Shown: positions 8,471 to 19,081, numbered from the stretch's first letter. The stretch: 41,699 nt of DNA from Candidatus Woesearchaeota archaeon (GCA_964578345.1 CAZOCP010000001.1:70923-112621), one strand, 5' to 3'. A program made the numbers and translations. Notes: generated from the letters alone by a model not told the origin.

Positions 8471-8707
8471 ATGGAGCCGGCCTTTATTTTAATTGGAACA
8501 GGAGTTTTTCTAGTTTTTCTTCTTTGCGTTTTGTTGATGATTCTCGTATTAAATTATTCTCAAGGGCCCCCCCTTTCTTCTTTTATTCACAATGATACAA
8601 TTAAAATTAAAAACCATCTTGCTCAGGATACACTTCCAAATTCAGAAATTTCAATTGAAGACGTTATCAAAAACAGAAAAAAAATGTCTTCTCCGATAAC
8701 CTTATAA
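8471..8707 (+). CDS. Small single-TM hypothetical protein
   Basis: Hydrophobic N-terminal helix; TATA-like TTAAATA about 22 bp upstream. Confidence 0.5.
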   Translation: MEPAFILIGTGVFLVFLLCVLLMILVLNYSQGPPLSSFIHNDTIKIKNHLAQDTLPNSEISIEDVIKNRKKMSSPITL

Positions 8708-8728
8708 ATTCATTTATTTCTCTTTGTT

Positions 8729-8986
8729 TGTAGACGAGCCGGCGTGCTAGTCCTACGCTGAACACCAACGGACTTAAGGTGGGCTTAAAGGAGTGCGTGA
8801 GGCAGAGGCATGTGCGTCTTTTCGCCAACATTGATGCCCTGTCCTGTTCGATCGCGCTCTTGTGAACCGGGTCAGGCCTTGATCGGAGCAGCCCTAATCA
8901 GGAAGCGCGGTGCTTGCAGGTAAGCAGAGCGGAGAAGGAGGAAAAGGCCGCGCCCATGCTAAAACCGAGCAATCTCCCCGTCTACA
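8729..8986 (+). ncRNA. ffs: Signal recognition particle RNA (Alu domain plus helix 8), about 258 nt
   Basis: GC-rich island; terminal pairing TGTAGACG/CGTCTACA; Alu hairpins GGCGTG..TACGCT and CACC..GGTG with complementary loops AGTCC/GGACT; helix-8 motif GGGTCAGGCC..GGAGCAGCCC. Confidence 0.88.
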
Positions 8987-9021
8987 CGAAAATATAAAAA
9001 CTAAACTTCTTTAATTTATAC

Positions 9022-9486
9022 ATGAATAAAAGAGCCCAGATTTTCCTCATCGCTTCACTCATAATAGTTATCATATTAATAAGCGTCGGAGCAACGAGAA
9101 TACAAGCCAAAGCAAATAAAGAAGAAAAGAAGGTTTATTTATTAGCAAAAGAAATAAAATATGAAATTGCTCAAGGTATAGACTTTAGTCTCACGCAAAA
9201 TATTAATTCAAATCTTAATTCTAGAATAAAACTAATTATAGAAAATTATGCTCTCTCAAATCCTGATAAAGAAATTCTTCTGCTTTTCGGAAAAATAGGA
9301 AATATGCAGCATTTATATTACAAAAAAGGAGAAAATATTCCACAAGGGATATCTATAACTTCTCAAAACGACAATATTCAATTAAGCGGCGAATTCAATA
9401 ACAAATTTCATCTTCTTGAAGGATATAACATTTTCGTAATAGTAAAAAAAGAAAATGGAAAAGAGAAAACCATTACAGTCCAATAA
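9022..9486 (+). CDS. Pilin-like protein (class III signal peptide)
   Basis: MNKRA|QIFLIASLIIVIILI. Confidence 0.65.
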   Translation: MNKRAQIFLIASLIIVIILISVGATRIQAKANKEEKKVYLLAKEIKYEIAQGIDFSLTQNINSNLNSRIKLIIENYALSNPDKEILLLFGKIGNMQHLYYKKGENIPQGISITSQNDNIQLSGEFNNKFHLLEGYNIFVIVKKENGKEKTITVQ

Positions 9487-9952
9487 GAAAGGCATTAGTG
9501 AATTAGTAAGCTACGTTCTTTTAATAGCTATCGCTTTGGGTTTAAGTGTTTTAGTATATCAATATATCAAAACTTATGTTCCTAAAGACTCTCCAGAATG
9601 TCAGGAAGATATACATCTACGAATAAAGGAATACACTTGCAAAGGAGACAAAATATTTCTCACATATACAAACACGGGCCTGTTCAATATAGACGCAGCA
9701 TATGTCAGGATTACCAAAGAAGGTGAAAAAATAATAAAACAGATTAATGATAATGCTAATCTTTATTTTTCAACAGGCACCTCAAAACTGGCGCCGCAAA
9801 AAGATACTTTACCTATAAAATATGATGGAAACGAAGATTTCTCTGGCGATTATATTTTAGAAGTCCAGCCAGCAATTTTAGATGAGAAGGGTAATCTAGT
9901 AGCCTGCAATAAGGCTATTACCACTAAAAAAATAACTTGTCCTTCCCCTTAG
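9455..9952 (+). CDS. Type IV pilin-like protein
   Basis: NKKG|ISELVSYVLLIAIAL; N.GLFNID and EVQP segments; four Cys. Confidence 0.75.
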   Translation: MEKRKPLQSNKKGISELVSYVLLIAIALGLSVLVYQYIKTYVPKDSPECQEDIHLRIKEYTCKGDKIFLTYTNTGLFNIDAAYVRITKEGEKIIKQINDNANLYFSTGTSKLAPQKDTLPIKYDGNEDFSGDYILEVQPAILDEKGNLVACNKAITTKKITCPSP

Positions 9953-9997
9953 TCCTGAACAACAATCTATAAATAACAATTTTTCACTCGCTTCTTT

Positions 9998-11146
9998 ATG
10001 AAATTTGCACATATCGGAGACTGTCATTTGGGAGGTTGGTCGCAGCCAGAATTACGCGACCTAAATCTCAAGAGCTTTCAAAAAGCCATAGATTATTCAA
10101 TCAAAGAAAAGGTAGATTTTTTGATTATAACAGGAGATCTTTTTGACACAGCATATCCTCCAATAGAAATTATAAAAGAGGCATTTTCTGAATTTCGAAA
10201 GCTAAAAGAAAGTAATATTCCAGTATTCTTAATAGCAGGCAGCCATGATTTTTCTGCTTCTGGCAGAACATTTTTAGAAGTTCTAGAGAAAGCCGGATTC
10301 TGCAAAAATGTCGCCCTGTACACAGAGCACCAGGGTAGTATTCTCCTGCAGCCGACTATTTATAAAAATGTAGTCTTGTACGGTTATCCAGGCAAAAAAT
10401 CTGGCCTCGAAGTTCAGGAAATTACACGCATTAAATTAGATGAAGCACCGGGATTTTTTAGAATCCTAATGCTTCATACAGCAATTAGAGATGCAGTAGG
10501 AACTCTTCCAATTGAAGCAGTAGAAGATAAAAAATTGCCAACTGTAGAATATCTTGCACTGTCTCATCTCCATATAAATTACAGCAAGAATGGAAAAGTA
10601 TACTCTGGCCCAACCTTTCCAAATAATATTCAGGAATTAGAAGAATTACAGGGAGGCTCATTTTACATATTCGACAATGGAAAAATAAGAAGAGAAGAGC
10701 TAAAAATAAAAAAAATTCAAATTATCAATGTAGAAATAAAAAATGCTTTTAAAGCAACAGAGGATATAATATCAGTAATTGAGCAGGAGAACATAAATGA
10801 TAAAATAATAATATTAAAAATATCAGGCATATTAGAGCAGGGAGAGGTTTCGAACATAGATTTCTCAGCAATAGAAGCGCGGATAAAGAAAAAAGGAGCA
10901 TATACTTTTCTGAAGAGCACCAGCCGGCTGTACCAAGCAGAGGCAGATCAGCAGATAGAGGCAATCGACGCAAACAGTCTGGAGCAGGAAATAATAAATA
11001 TAATGGCCAATAAAAATCAAAATAAATTTACCCAATTTATACACCCCCTATTTAACACTCTGTCTATTCAGCAGATAGAAGATGAGAAGATTTCTATTTT
11101 CGAGGATCGAGTTTACACAGAAGCAAAAAAAATATTATTTGCATGA
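9998..11146 (+). CDS. mre11: DNA double-strand break repair nuclease Mre11
   Basis: Phosphoesterase motifs DCHLG, GDLFD, GSHD and SHLH; overlaps rad50 start. Confidence 0.9.
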   Translation: MKFAHIGDCHLGGWSQPELRDLNLKSFQKAIDYSIKEKVDFLIITGDLFDTAYPPIEIIKEAFSEFRKLKESNIPVFLIAGSHDFSASGRTFLEVLEKAGFCKNVALYTEHQGSILLQPTIYKNVVLYGYPGKKSGLEVQEITRIKLDEAPGFFRILMLHTAIRDAVGTLPIEAVEDKKLPTVEYLALSHLHINYSKNGKVYSGPTFPNNIQELEELQGGSFYIFDNGKIRREELKIKKIQIINVEIKNAFKATEDIISVIEQENINDKIIILKISGILEQGEVSNIDFSAIEARIKKKGAYTFLKSTSRLYQAEADQQIEAIDANSLEQEIINIMANKNQNKFTQFIHPLFNTLSIQQIEDEKISIFEDRVYTEAKKILFA

Positions 11147-13188
11147 AACTAAAAAGACTTTCGCTTAAAAATATTAGAAGCTATGAAGATTTTGCAGTAG
11201 AATTTCCAGACGGCTCTCTTTTGCTATCTGGAGATATAGGCTCTGGAAAGACCTCTGTATTATTAGCAATAGAATATGCGCTATTTGGTCTGCAGCCAGG
11301 CCAGCCTGGCGCCGCCTTGCTCAGAAATGAGGAGAGCACTGGAGAGGTAAATTTGGATATAGAAATAGATGGAAAAACTATTACAATAGAGAGAAAAATG
11401 AAGCGGAGCAGCAAGAGCATCACCAGCGAATATTCTGCTATTACCATAGATGGAGTTAAAAAAGAGTACTCTACCACAGAGTTAAAGCTGCTTATCTTGA
11501 AAATCTTAAATTATCCTGTGGAATTTTTAAAGAAAAATAATCTTCTCTATCGCTACACAGTATATACTCCTCAAGAACAGATGAAGAATATCGTATTAGA
11601 CGACCCTGAAATGAGGTTAAATATTATACGCCACATTTTCGGAATTGACAAATACAAAAATATTAGAAGCAACACTTCTATTATCATATCTAAGTTAAAA
11701 GACGAATCAAAGAGCCTCCAAGGAGAGATAAAGGGGCTGGAGGAAGATTATCTAAGAATAGAAGCCAAAAAGAAAGATACACAAGAAATAGAGAGAAAAA
11801 TTCAAATGCTCTTAGAAGAAAGAGAAAAAATTATAAAAAATAGGGAATCCTTGGAAGAAAGTCTGCATAATTTAGAGAATAAAATAAAAGAGAAGGAGAA
11901 ACTGGAATACGAATTAGATAAGACTAGAGTCATAGCATCATCTAAGAAAGAACAGTTTAATATGCTGACAAAAGAAATTCTAGATTTGGATAAGAGCATT
12001 AAAGAAACAGCGCAGGTTGAGGATGCTGCTCTGATAGAAGTAGGTGATAAGTTAAAGAACACAAAAAATTCTTTATCAAATCACGAGCAAAAACTAACAT
12101 ATCTCACGGGCCAGACTAAAGAAATAGACGAAAGAGTGCACAACATAATTAGGAAAAAAGAGTCTATTTTTACGATGGAAGTCTGTCCTGTCTGCTTGCA
12201 GAATGTTTCAAATAGCTACAAACACAACATATTAATTTCAAGCGAACAGGAAATCACCGAGCTGTCAAAACGCGCAGGCGAAATGAAAAAAGAGAGTGTC
12301 TTATTGAATGAGATAATTTCAAAAGAAAAGCCAAGAGTTTTAGAGCTCGAAAGAGAAAAGTCTGATCTGGAAATTAACAAAGCCAAGTCAGAACACATCA
12401 TCAATTCGAAGAAAAAACTTGCTGAGTTGATGAAGATTAAGGAATCTGGAGAGAAAGATGTGGACATGCTAATGCATCATCTGAATAAACTTAAAGAGGA
12501 TATTTTAAGATTATCTCCTTTTGATTTACAGCACAAGCTGAAAAAAGAAGAATTAAGATCCTCAGCCAACCTAGAAAAACAGGCAGATATATCAATAGCA
12601 GAATACAAGAAAGAGATAGAATTAATTAAAAAAGAAAAAGAGTTTTTAGAAGAAAGCACAAAGGAAAAAGAAGCATTAAGAAGAAGGCTGACTGGAATTT
12701 TAGAATTATCAGATTGGTTGTCAAATCAGTTTATGAACATAGTCTCAGTTACAGAACAGAATATAATGATAAAAATAAGAAGAGAGTTTTCAAAAAGATT
12801 TAGCAATTGGTTTTGCATGCTTGCCGGGGATTCTTTTAATATACAACTAGACGAGACGTTTACTCCTCTGCTGATACAGAATGAATCGGAAATGGACTAT
12901 TCTTTTATTTCAGGAGGAGAGAGAACTGCCGTAGCCCTGGCATATCGCCTTGCATTAAACCAGACAATAAATTCTATATTCAGTAAAATACAGACTCAAG
13001 ACATAATAATCCTAGATGAGCCAACAGAAGGATTTTCTGAAAATCAGTTGGACAAAATGAGAAATATTCTTCATGAAATAAAAATAAAACAGCTCATTAT
13101 AGTAAGTCACGAACAGAAAATGGAAGGCTTTGTAGACAACATTATAAAGATAAAAAAGCAGAACGGGATATCTTTTATTGAAAAATAG
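11143..13188 (+). CDS. rad50: Rad50/SMC-family ATPase
   Basis: Walker A GDIGSGKT, coiled coil with CPVC zinc hook, ISGGE signature, LDEPT Walker B, VSH. Confidence 0.92.
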   Translation: MKLKRLSLKNIRSYEDFAVEFPDGSLLLSGDIGSGKTSVLLAIEYALFGLQPGQPGAALLRNEESTGEVNLDIEIDGKTITIERKMKRSSKSITSEYSAITIDGVKKEYSTTELKLLILKILNYPVEFLKKNNLLYRYTVYTPQEQMKNIVLDDPEMRLNIIRHIFGIDKYKNIRSNTSIIISKLKDESKSLQGEIKGLEEDYLRIEAKKKDTQEIERKIQMLLEEREKIIKNRESLEESLHNLENKIKEKEKLEYELDKTRVIASSKKEQFNMLTKEILDLDKSIKETAQVEDAALIEVGDKLKNTKNSLSNHEQKLTYLTGQTKEIDERVHNIIRKKESIFTMEVCPVCLQNVSNSYKHNILISSEQEITELSKRAGEMKKESVLLNEIISKEKPRVLELEREKSDLEINKAKSEHIINSKKKLAELMKIKESGEKDVDMLMHHLNKLKEDILRLSPFDLQHKLKKEELRSSANLEKQADISIAEYKKEIELIKKEKEFLEESTKEKEALRRRLTGILELSDWLSNQFMNIVSVTEQNIMIKIRREFSKRFSNWFCMLAGDSFNIQLDETFTPLLIQNESEMDYSFISGGERTAVALAYRLALNQTINSIFSKIQTQDIIILDEPTEGFSENQLDKMRNILHEIKIKQLIIVSHEQKMEGFVDNIIKIKKQNGISFIEK

Positions 13189-13245
13189 ATACAGCAAAAT
13201 ATTTAAATACCCACATTATCATATTTCCAGAGGTTCTTTATTCTC

Positions 13246-13902
13246 ATGAATACTCAAGATATACAACAAAACATGCTTAAGTCAAATACAAGTCTAGTAG
13301 GAATAGTCTGTAAAGACGGAGTTATCATGGGAGGTGACCGTAGAGTTACTGCGGGGAACATAGTTATGAGTAAGACAGAGCAGAAAGTTCAGCAAATTAA
13401 TAAATATTTAGTGCTTTCTTGGACAGGAGGTGCTGCAGACGCTTTTATCTCAGCAAAAGTAATATCCGCAGAGTTGCGTATCAAAGAGCTTAGATCAAAA
13501 ATACGGCCTACCGTCAGGGAAGCAGCCCATCTTTTAGGAATGATTCTTTACAGAAATATCCGTACGCCTAGTATGATACCCCACATTGTAGGAACTTTAC
13601 TAGCAGGCATTAATGAAGACGGTTCAATTGAACTTTATTCAATAGAGCCTGCAGGAAGCGTGTTTAAGGTTAAAGATTACGATGCAAACTTTTCATCGGG
13701 AATGCCGTATATACTTGGGCTATTAGAGAGGCAGTATAAAAAAGAAATGACCATTAAAGAAGCAGTAGACCTAGCGAAGGAGTCATTAAAATCATCCATA
13801 CAAAGAGACATAGGTTCGGGAAATGGAATAGATATATTCACAATAACGAAAGAGGGCATTAAGCACGCAGTTTCTGAAGAAATAATTGCTGAGTATAAAT
13901 AA
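13246..13902 (+). CDS. psmB: Proteasome subunit beta
   Basis: TSLVGIVCKDGVIMGGDRR, Lys33 equivalent, SSG and RDIGSG; adjacent to aCPSF1 as is common in archaea. Confidence 0.92.
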   Translation: MNTQDIQQNMLKSNTSLVGIVCKDGVIMGGDRRVTAGNIVMSKTEQKVQQINKYLVLSWTGGAADAFISAKVISAELRIKELRSKIRPTVREAAHLLGMILYRNIRTPSMIPHIVGTLLAGINEDGSIELYSIEPAGSVFKVKDYDANFSSGMPYILGLLERQYKKEMTIKEAVDLAKESLKSSIQRDIGSGNGIDIFTITKEGIKHAVSEEIIAEYK

Positions 13903-13918
13903 TAAAATTTTTAGATAA

Positions 13919-15811
13919 ATGGCAGATATTTTAAAAAGTATCAAAGACGAATTACCAAAAGTAATTGTAGACGCAATTTTTGAAGGAGCAAACATAGTTC
14001 TATATACAGATGAAAAAGAATTTTTCAAGTCAGGAGAGGAAAAAATTAAAAAGATTGTTGATACTATAAAGAAGCGTATTGAGCTTAGGGCAGACAAACC
14101 AATCCTTCTTCCAGAAGAGGAAACAGAAAAAACAATTAGAGCCTTAGTTCCAGAAGATGCAGGCATTACTAATATTATTTTTGATGTTCAGAGGAGCACA
14201 GTTATAATCGAAGCAAAAAAGCCAGGGCTTGTTATAGGCAAACAAGGCTCTGTTTTGAATGATATAAAAAGGGCAACATATTGGTCTACAACAGTTCGTC
14301 GCAGTCCTTTAATTCCGAGCAAAATCACAGAAAAAATTCGCTCCGTTCTTTACGCAAATAATACATACCGCAGAAAATTTTTGAATGAAATAGGAAAAAA
14401 GATTTATAACGAGTGGAACCCAGAAAAGATGGATTTATGGGTCCGTCTTACATATTTAGGCAGTGGAAGACAAGTAGGGCGTTCGTGTTTATTGCTCCAA
14501 ACTAACAATTCAAAAATTTTATTGGACTGCGGTATAAATCCAGCAATTGTAGATGGACCAGAAAGATTTCCTTATTTAAACGTCCCGGAAATAGGAGACC
14601 TTAATTCTATAGATGCAATAATATTGTCTCATGCGCATATTGATCATTGCGGACTTATACCTTATTTATACAAGATGGGATATAAGGGCCCAGTGTATAT
14701 GACTGAACCTACTCTAGATATAGCCGCTCTTCTAGCTCTAGATTTTGTAGGAGTTGCTTATAAACAAGCAGCTTCTCCTTTATACAAAGCAGAGGATATA
14801 AAAGAAATGGTTAGGCATTCTATCTCTTTAGATTATGGGGTTGTTACAGATATAGCCCAGGATATAAGAATAACTCTTTATAATGCCGGCCATGTTTTAG
14901 GTTCAGCACAAGTGCATATTAACATCGGAAACGGCCTGCATAATTTTGTTTATGGAGCAGACACTAAGTATGGAAAAACTAGATTGTTAGACCCGGCAGT
15001 TAACCATTTTCCGCGCATAGAGACCTTGACAATTGAAGCAACCTACGGTTCAAAAGATGATATTCTGCCTCCGCGTAAAGAAACAGAAGATAAATTTCTA
15101 GAGATGGCTAATCGAACAATAGCTCGAAATGGAAAGGTCCTTATTCCAGAACTGGGTCTTGGACATGCTCAAGAGACAATTTTACGTGTAGAAGAGGCTG
15201 TTCGACTAGGCGCGCTGCCCAATGTGCCGGTTTATATAGATGGAATGGTTTGGGATATTACTGCAATTCATACAGCTTATCCAGATTTTCTTAGTTCTTC
15301 AGTTAGAAATCAAATCTTTCAGGATAATAATCCCTTTGCTTCTGAACTTTTGAAAAGAGTTGGAAGCTCAATAGAGCGCCAGGAGGTTTTAGAAGGAGGC
15401 CCATGTATAATAATTGCTACTTCCGGAATGCTTGTAGGTGGAGCCTCTGTAGAATACTTCAGAAATTTAGCAAACAATCCAAACAACCTAATTGTTTTCG
15501 GTTGTTACCAAGCCATTGGTTCTTTAGGAAGACAGATACAAGAAGGAAGCAAAGAAGTAATAGCAGGAAAAGATTATAATAATGAGAAAGTTATAGTAAA
15601 CATGGAAGTTCAGACTCTTAGCGGCCTATCCGCCCATTCCGGTCGAAATGAGTTGATGCAATATATAAGTAGAATGACTCCTAAACCAAAAAAAATAATC
15701 ATAAATCACGGAGAAGTTTCTAAATGCTTAGATCTTGCTTCTTCTTTATATAAACTAACCAGAACAGAAACAATTGTTCCTAGAAATTTAGAGACAATTA
15801 GGCTGAAATAA
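13919..15811 (+). CDS. fttA: KH-domain beta-CASP ribonuclease aCPSF1 / transcription termination factor FttA
   Basis: FEGANIV, KPGLVIGK KH domains, HAHIDH, NAGHVLGS, SAHS, NHGE and PRNLETIRL. Confidence 0.96.
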   Translation: MADILKSIKDELPKVIVDAIFEGANIVLYTDEKEFFKSGEEKIKKIVDTIKKRIELRADKPILLPEEETEKTIRALVPEDAGITNIIFDVQRSTVIIEAKKPGLVIGKQGSVLNDIKRATYWSTTVRRSPLIPSKITEKIRSVLYANNTYRRKFLNEIGKKIYNEWNPEKMDLWVRLTYLGSGRQVGRSCLLLQTNNSKILLDCGINPAIVDGPERFPYLNVPEIGDLNSIDAIILSHAHIDHCGLIPYLYKMGYKGPVYMTEPTLDIAALLALDFVGVAYKQAASPLYKAEDIKEMVRHSISLDYGVVTDIAQDIRITLYNAGHVLGSAQVHINIGNGLHNFVYGADTKYGKTRLLDPAVNHFPRIETLTIEATYGSKDDILPPRKETEDKFLEMANRTIARNGKVLIPELGLGHAQETILRVEEAVRLGALPNVPVYIDGMVWDITAIHTAYPDFLSSSVRNQIFQDNNPFASELLKRVGSSIERQEVLEGGPCIIIATSGMLVGGASVEYFRNLANNPNNLIVFGCYQAIGSLGRQIQEGSKEVIAGKDYNNEKVIVNMEVQTLSGLSAHSGRNELMQYISRMTPKPKKIIINHGEVSKCLDLASSLYKLTRTETIVPRNLETIRLK

Positions 15812-15856
15812 AGATTATAAAGGCTAAACTTAAAAACACAGCATTATTAAAATAAC

Positions 15857-16819
15857 ATGAAACACACACGCAAGATTATTATCATTCTACTCTCTATGTT
15901 TTTCTTGACTCAACTTATAGGTATAGCAGTCTTGCATGCCTATACCCCGACTGTAAAACAAGTAAAAGATGAAACAGGAAATTTAATAAATATAACTGAA
16001 TATAATCTTCCAGAAGGATTTAACCCTCCTCCAAAAAACGATCCAACTATAAATTTATTCTCTTTTATCATCGCTCTTATAATTGGAGTAGGGGCAATGT
16101 TCTTTTTAATGCGTTTTAATGCAAGAGCAGCTATTAAAGCATGGTTTTTTGTTGTAATTTCTATTGCTTTAGCAATCTCAATAAACGCAGCGCTTTATAA
16201 AATAGATATTCTCAAAACGCCTTTAACACTATTTTTCATAGCAATTCCTATTGCTTTCACAATATCACTTATTATAGGAACCATATTTTCATACATAAAA
16301 ATATACAGGAGGAATATTATCGCTCATAATCTCTCTGAATTGCTAATTTACCCAGGTTTAGCCTCGGTATTTGTGCCTTTGTTAAACATTCCAAGCGCAA
16401 TTGCTTTATTTGTTGTTTTTTCAATATACGATATGCACGCAGTATGGAGTTCTGGCATAATGCAAAAAATGGCAAAATATCAGATTCAACATTTAAAAGT
16501 TTTCTCAGGATTTTTCATTCCATATATCGGCCCCAAAGAAAAAGAGCTCATTTCAAAACTAAAAAATAAAAACCTCAAAGATAAAAAGATTAAATTAAAT
16601 GTCGCTATTTTGGGCGGAGGAGATGTAGTATTTCCAATTTTGCTCGCGGGCGCAGTCCTGCGCCAATGGGGCCTGTTCGATGCTCTGCTCGTTTCTATAG
16701 GCGCAACTTTAGCGCTCGCGCTTCTCTTTTTATATTCAAAAAAAGGAAAATTCTATCCGGCCCTGCCATTTATTTTTGCAGGTTGCCTTCTTGCTCTTTT
16801 AGTTGCATATCTTTTATAA
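15857..16819 (+). CDS. Presenilin-family (GxGD) intramembrane aspartyl protease
   Basis: YD in TM6, LGGGD in TM7, PALP motif. Confidence 0.9.
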   Translation: MKHTRKIIIILLSMFFLTQLIGIAVLHAYTPTVKQVKDETGNLINITEYNLPEGFNPPPKNDPTINLFSFIIALIIGVGAMFFLMRFNARAAIKAWFFVVISIALAISINAALYKIDILKTPLTLFFIAIPIAFTISLIIGTIFSYIKIYRRNIIAHNLSELLIYPGLASVFVPLLNIPSAIALFVVFSIYDMHAVWSSGIMQKMAKYQIQHLKVFSGFFIPYIGPKEKELISKLKNKNLKDKKIKLNVAILGGGDVVFPILLAGAVLRQWGLFDALLVSIGATLALALLFLYSKKGKFYPALPFIFAGCLLALLVAYLL

Positions 16820-16947
16820 TTTACTCTATTTGTAAAGCGTATCCATAATTTTTTTAATTACCGATAAGTCGCTCGTTAATTGAAAAAATGCATTCACAAA
16901 TCAGTTTATAAATTTATCTTGCCGTTCCTTAATAATGAATACAAACA

Positions 16948-16961
16948 GAAAGGTTTAAATA
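16948..16961 (+). promoter_or_regulatory. Archaeal BRE/TATA promoter, probably leaderless transcript of the TrmB gene
   Basis: GAAAGG-TTTAAATA ending about 22 nt before the ATG at 16983. Confidence 0.55.
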
Positions 16962-16982
16962 CCCATATTCTTTCGTCACTAT

Positions 16983-17768
16983 ATGATACTAAAACTAGAA
17001 CTTGTAAAAAGGATTAAAGAATACTTTGATCTAAACATTTATGAAACCAAGGTTTGGCTAGCTTTGCTTTCAAAAGGAATTGCCTCAGCAAGAGAAATAG
17101 CAGACATGTCGGGAGTTCCAAGAAGTCGAACATATGATGTATTAGAGTCATTAGAGAAAAGAGGATACGCCATCACAAAAATCGGCAAGCCAGTAAAATA
17201 TATATCTGTAAAACCGACAGACGTAATTGAAAAAATGAAAACTCATGTATCTCAGGAAGCCCAGGATAAAATATACACACTATCAAACATGAAAGAAACA
17301 CCAGAGTATAAAGAGCTAGAAAATCTTCATACAGTCGGGATTTCTCCAATCAACCCACATGAAATTACAGGATTAATGAAAGGGCGCGCAAATGTAATCT
17401 CTCACTTGAGAAATCTATTTGAGCAAGCACAGAATGAAGTTGTTATATTTACTTCTCTTGCAGATTTTGAGGACAAAAGCAGAGTAATTATTCCATCTTT
17501 AGAAAGATTCAACAGACGAAATTTGCGTATAAAAGTAGCATTAAGCGGGGATAATGAAAAGATAAAGAAAATTAGTGCAAAACACAACATAAAAATAAAA
17601 CAAGTTGATTCTAACGCAAGATTCTTTATCATAGACAAAAAAGAGATACTTCTTATAATTACTCCCATAAATGCAGATGAAGAAATTGGAGTCTGGTTAA
17701 AATCTCCTTATTTTACAGAATCTCTGACGCGAATGATAGAAAACCTATCTAGAACTAATCATTTATAA
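16983..17768 (+). CDS. TrmB-family transcriptional regulator
   Basis: LNIYETKVWLALL..SGVPRSRTYDVLESLEKRG HTH plus C-terminal effector domain. Confidence 0.92.
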   Translation: MILKLELVKRIKEYFDLNIYETKVWLALLSKGIASAREIADMSGVPRSRTYDVLESLEKRGYAITKIGKPVKYISVKPTDVIEKMKTHVSQEAQDKIYTLSNMKETPEYKELENLHTVGISPINPHEITGLMKGRANVISHLRNLFEQAQNEVVIFTSLADFEDKSRVIIPSLERFNRRNLRIKVALSGDNEKIKKISAKHNIKIKQVDSNARFFIIDKKEILLIITPINADEEIGVWLKSPYFTESLTRMIENLSRTNHL

Positions 17769-19040
17769 AACTTTTAGTTTTTCTATTTGCATAGATTTTA
17801 TAATTTCTTTATATTTAAGCATAAATTTAATAATAAATTTTTTTGCGGAAACTTGCGCGGCGATATCCGCACATAATCTTCCATTCTTTTCATACACTCT
17901 ATCATATTTTCTACGAAATGCCTTAGCATGCTTCTCTAGCGATACAGGCGGCCCGATTTTCTTTATACCATTTTTTTCTTTAATTATAAGTAGAACTCTC
18001 GCACTCTGCTCGCCGTCATAAATAAACTCGCATCTTATAATTTCATAATATTGTTGCAGTTGGCCTATTAAAAAATTAGAAAATTTTTTTAATTTTGTTC
18101 CTGCTATATCTCCTGGCTGGCGGTTTGTACTAGCAATCAATTCTATTAAAGATGCTTTTTTCTCCTTAGTTTCCTTCTTAAGTTTCTGAATATCAACTTC
18201 TTTCCGAGTAAAGAACTCTTCTCCAGGGAATCTTAGAAAATTTCGCGCACTTTTTTGAAATTTAAGAAAAGTTTCTTTGCTTAAAGCAGCAAGCACATTT
18301 CTTTCCTTCCATGTAGGATCTATCAGGATTATGGGGCCTTGCAGTTTTCCTTCATTTAAACTAACCATAACTTCACTTTTATTTTTATAATGGTTGGCAG
18401 GATCTATAATAAGCTTATCTTTAACTTTTAATAAATTTTTTATCATTTTTAGAAAACTCTTATAATGAATAACCAGGCATTCTAAAGCATAGCCTGAAAA
18501 TCCTCCTATATAACTCTCTGCTCCATATACTCCTTGAGCTTTGCAAAATGCCTTTGCAACAGCAATCTCCTTAAGAATCTTCGAGTTGCCCCTTAGCTTA
18601 TTCTTTACATAACTTACATGAAAATAGCTTAAATCAGTCACATTTCTTGCTTCTTTAGGCTTTTTGATTTTTAATACAGGAACAATTTCAAAAAGAATCT
18701 CTTTATTTACAAAAATTTGAAAGTAATCTCTGCTGCCGTGTAATCGGACAATTTTAACTTTTCTCTTGCCGCACGCTCGTTTTACTATTATAGCCAGCAA
18801 AGAAGTCAAATCCTGATAACGCCAGTCAAATCTCGCAAATATATCAATATCATACTTTTCTTTTTTCATCAATGTACCTTTCGCAAAGCTCCCTCCAACG
18901 AAAAAATCTGCAGAAATTTTTTCATAATGCGCGGCATTCTTTAAAAGTTTTAAAAATTCTCTTAATTCTCCTAAAAGACGATTTCTAGTTTCTTTATCAG
19001 GAACAACTTCAATAGAATTTAATGTTTTCTGCACGTTCAT
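17763..19040 (-). CDS. cca: Archaeal (class I) CCA-adding enzyme
   Basis: GGSFAKGT..DIDIF, GVYGAESYIGGFSGYALE and IDPT..RNV.AA. Confidence 0.93.
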   Translation of the reverse strand: MNVQKTLNSIEVVPDKETRNRLLGELREFLKLLKNAAHYEKISADFFVGGSFAKGTLMKKEKYDIDIFARFDWRYQDLTSLLAIIVKRACGKRKVKIVRLHGSRDYFQIFVNKEILFEIVPVLKIKKPKEARNVTDLSYFHVSYVKNKLRGNSKILKEIAVAKAFCKAQGVYGAESYIGGFSGYALECLVIHYKSFLKMIKNLLKVKDKLIIDPANHYKNKSEVMVSLNEGKLQGPIILIDPTWKERNVLAALSKETFLKFQKSARNFLRFPGEEFFTRKEVDIQKLKKETKEKKASLIELIASTNRQPGDIAGTKLKKFSNFLIGQLQQYYEIIRCEFIYDGEQSARVLLIIKEKNGIKKIGPPVSLEKHAKAFRRKYDRVYEKNGRLCADIAAQVSAKKFIIKFMLKYKEIIKSMQIEKLKVL

Positions 19041-19081
19041 ACAATAAACAAGAAAACAAGATATATAAATTAATTGTTCAA

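Noticed and set aside
9998-11146. Inactive Mre11 (GSHD and SHLH variants)
   Set aside because: Most metal-binding Asp/His residues are retained; inactivity cannot be argued from the sequence
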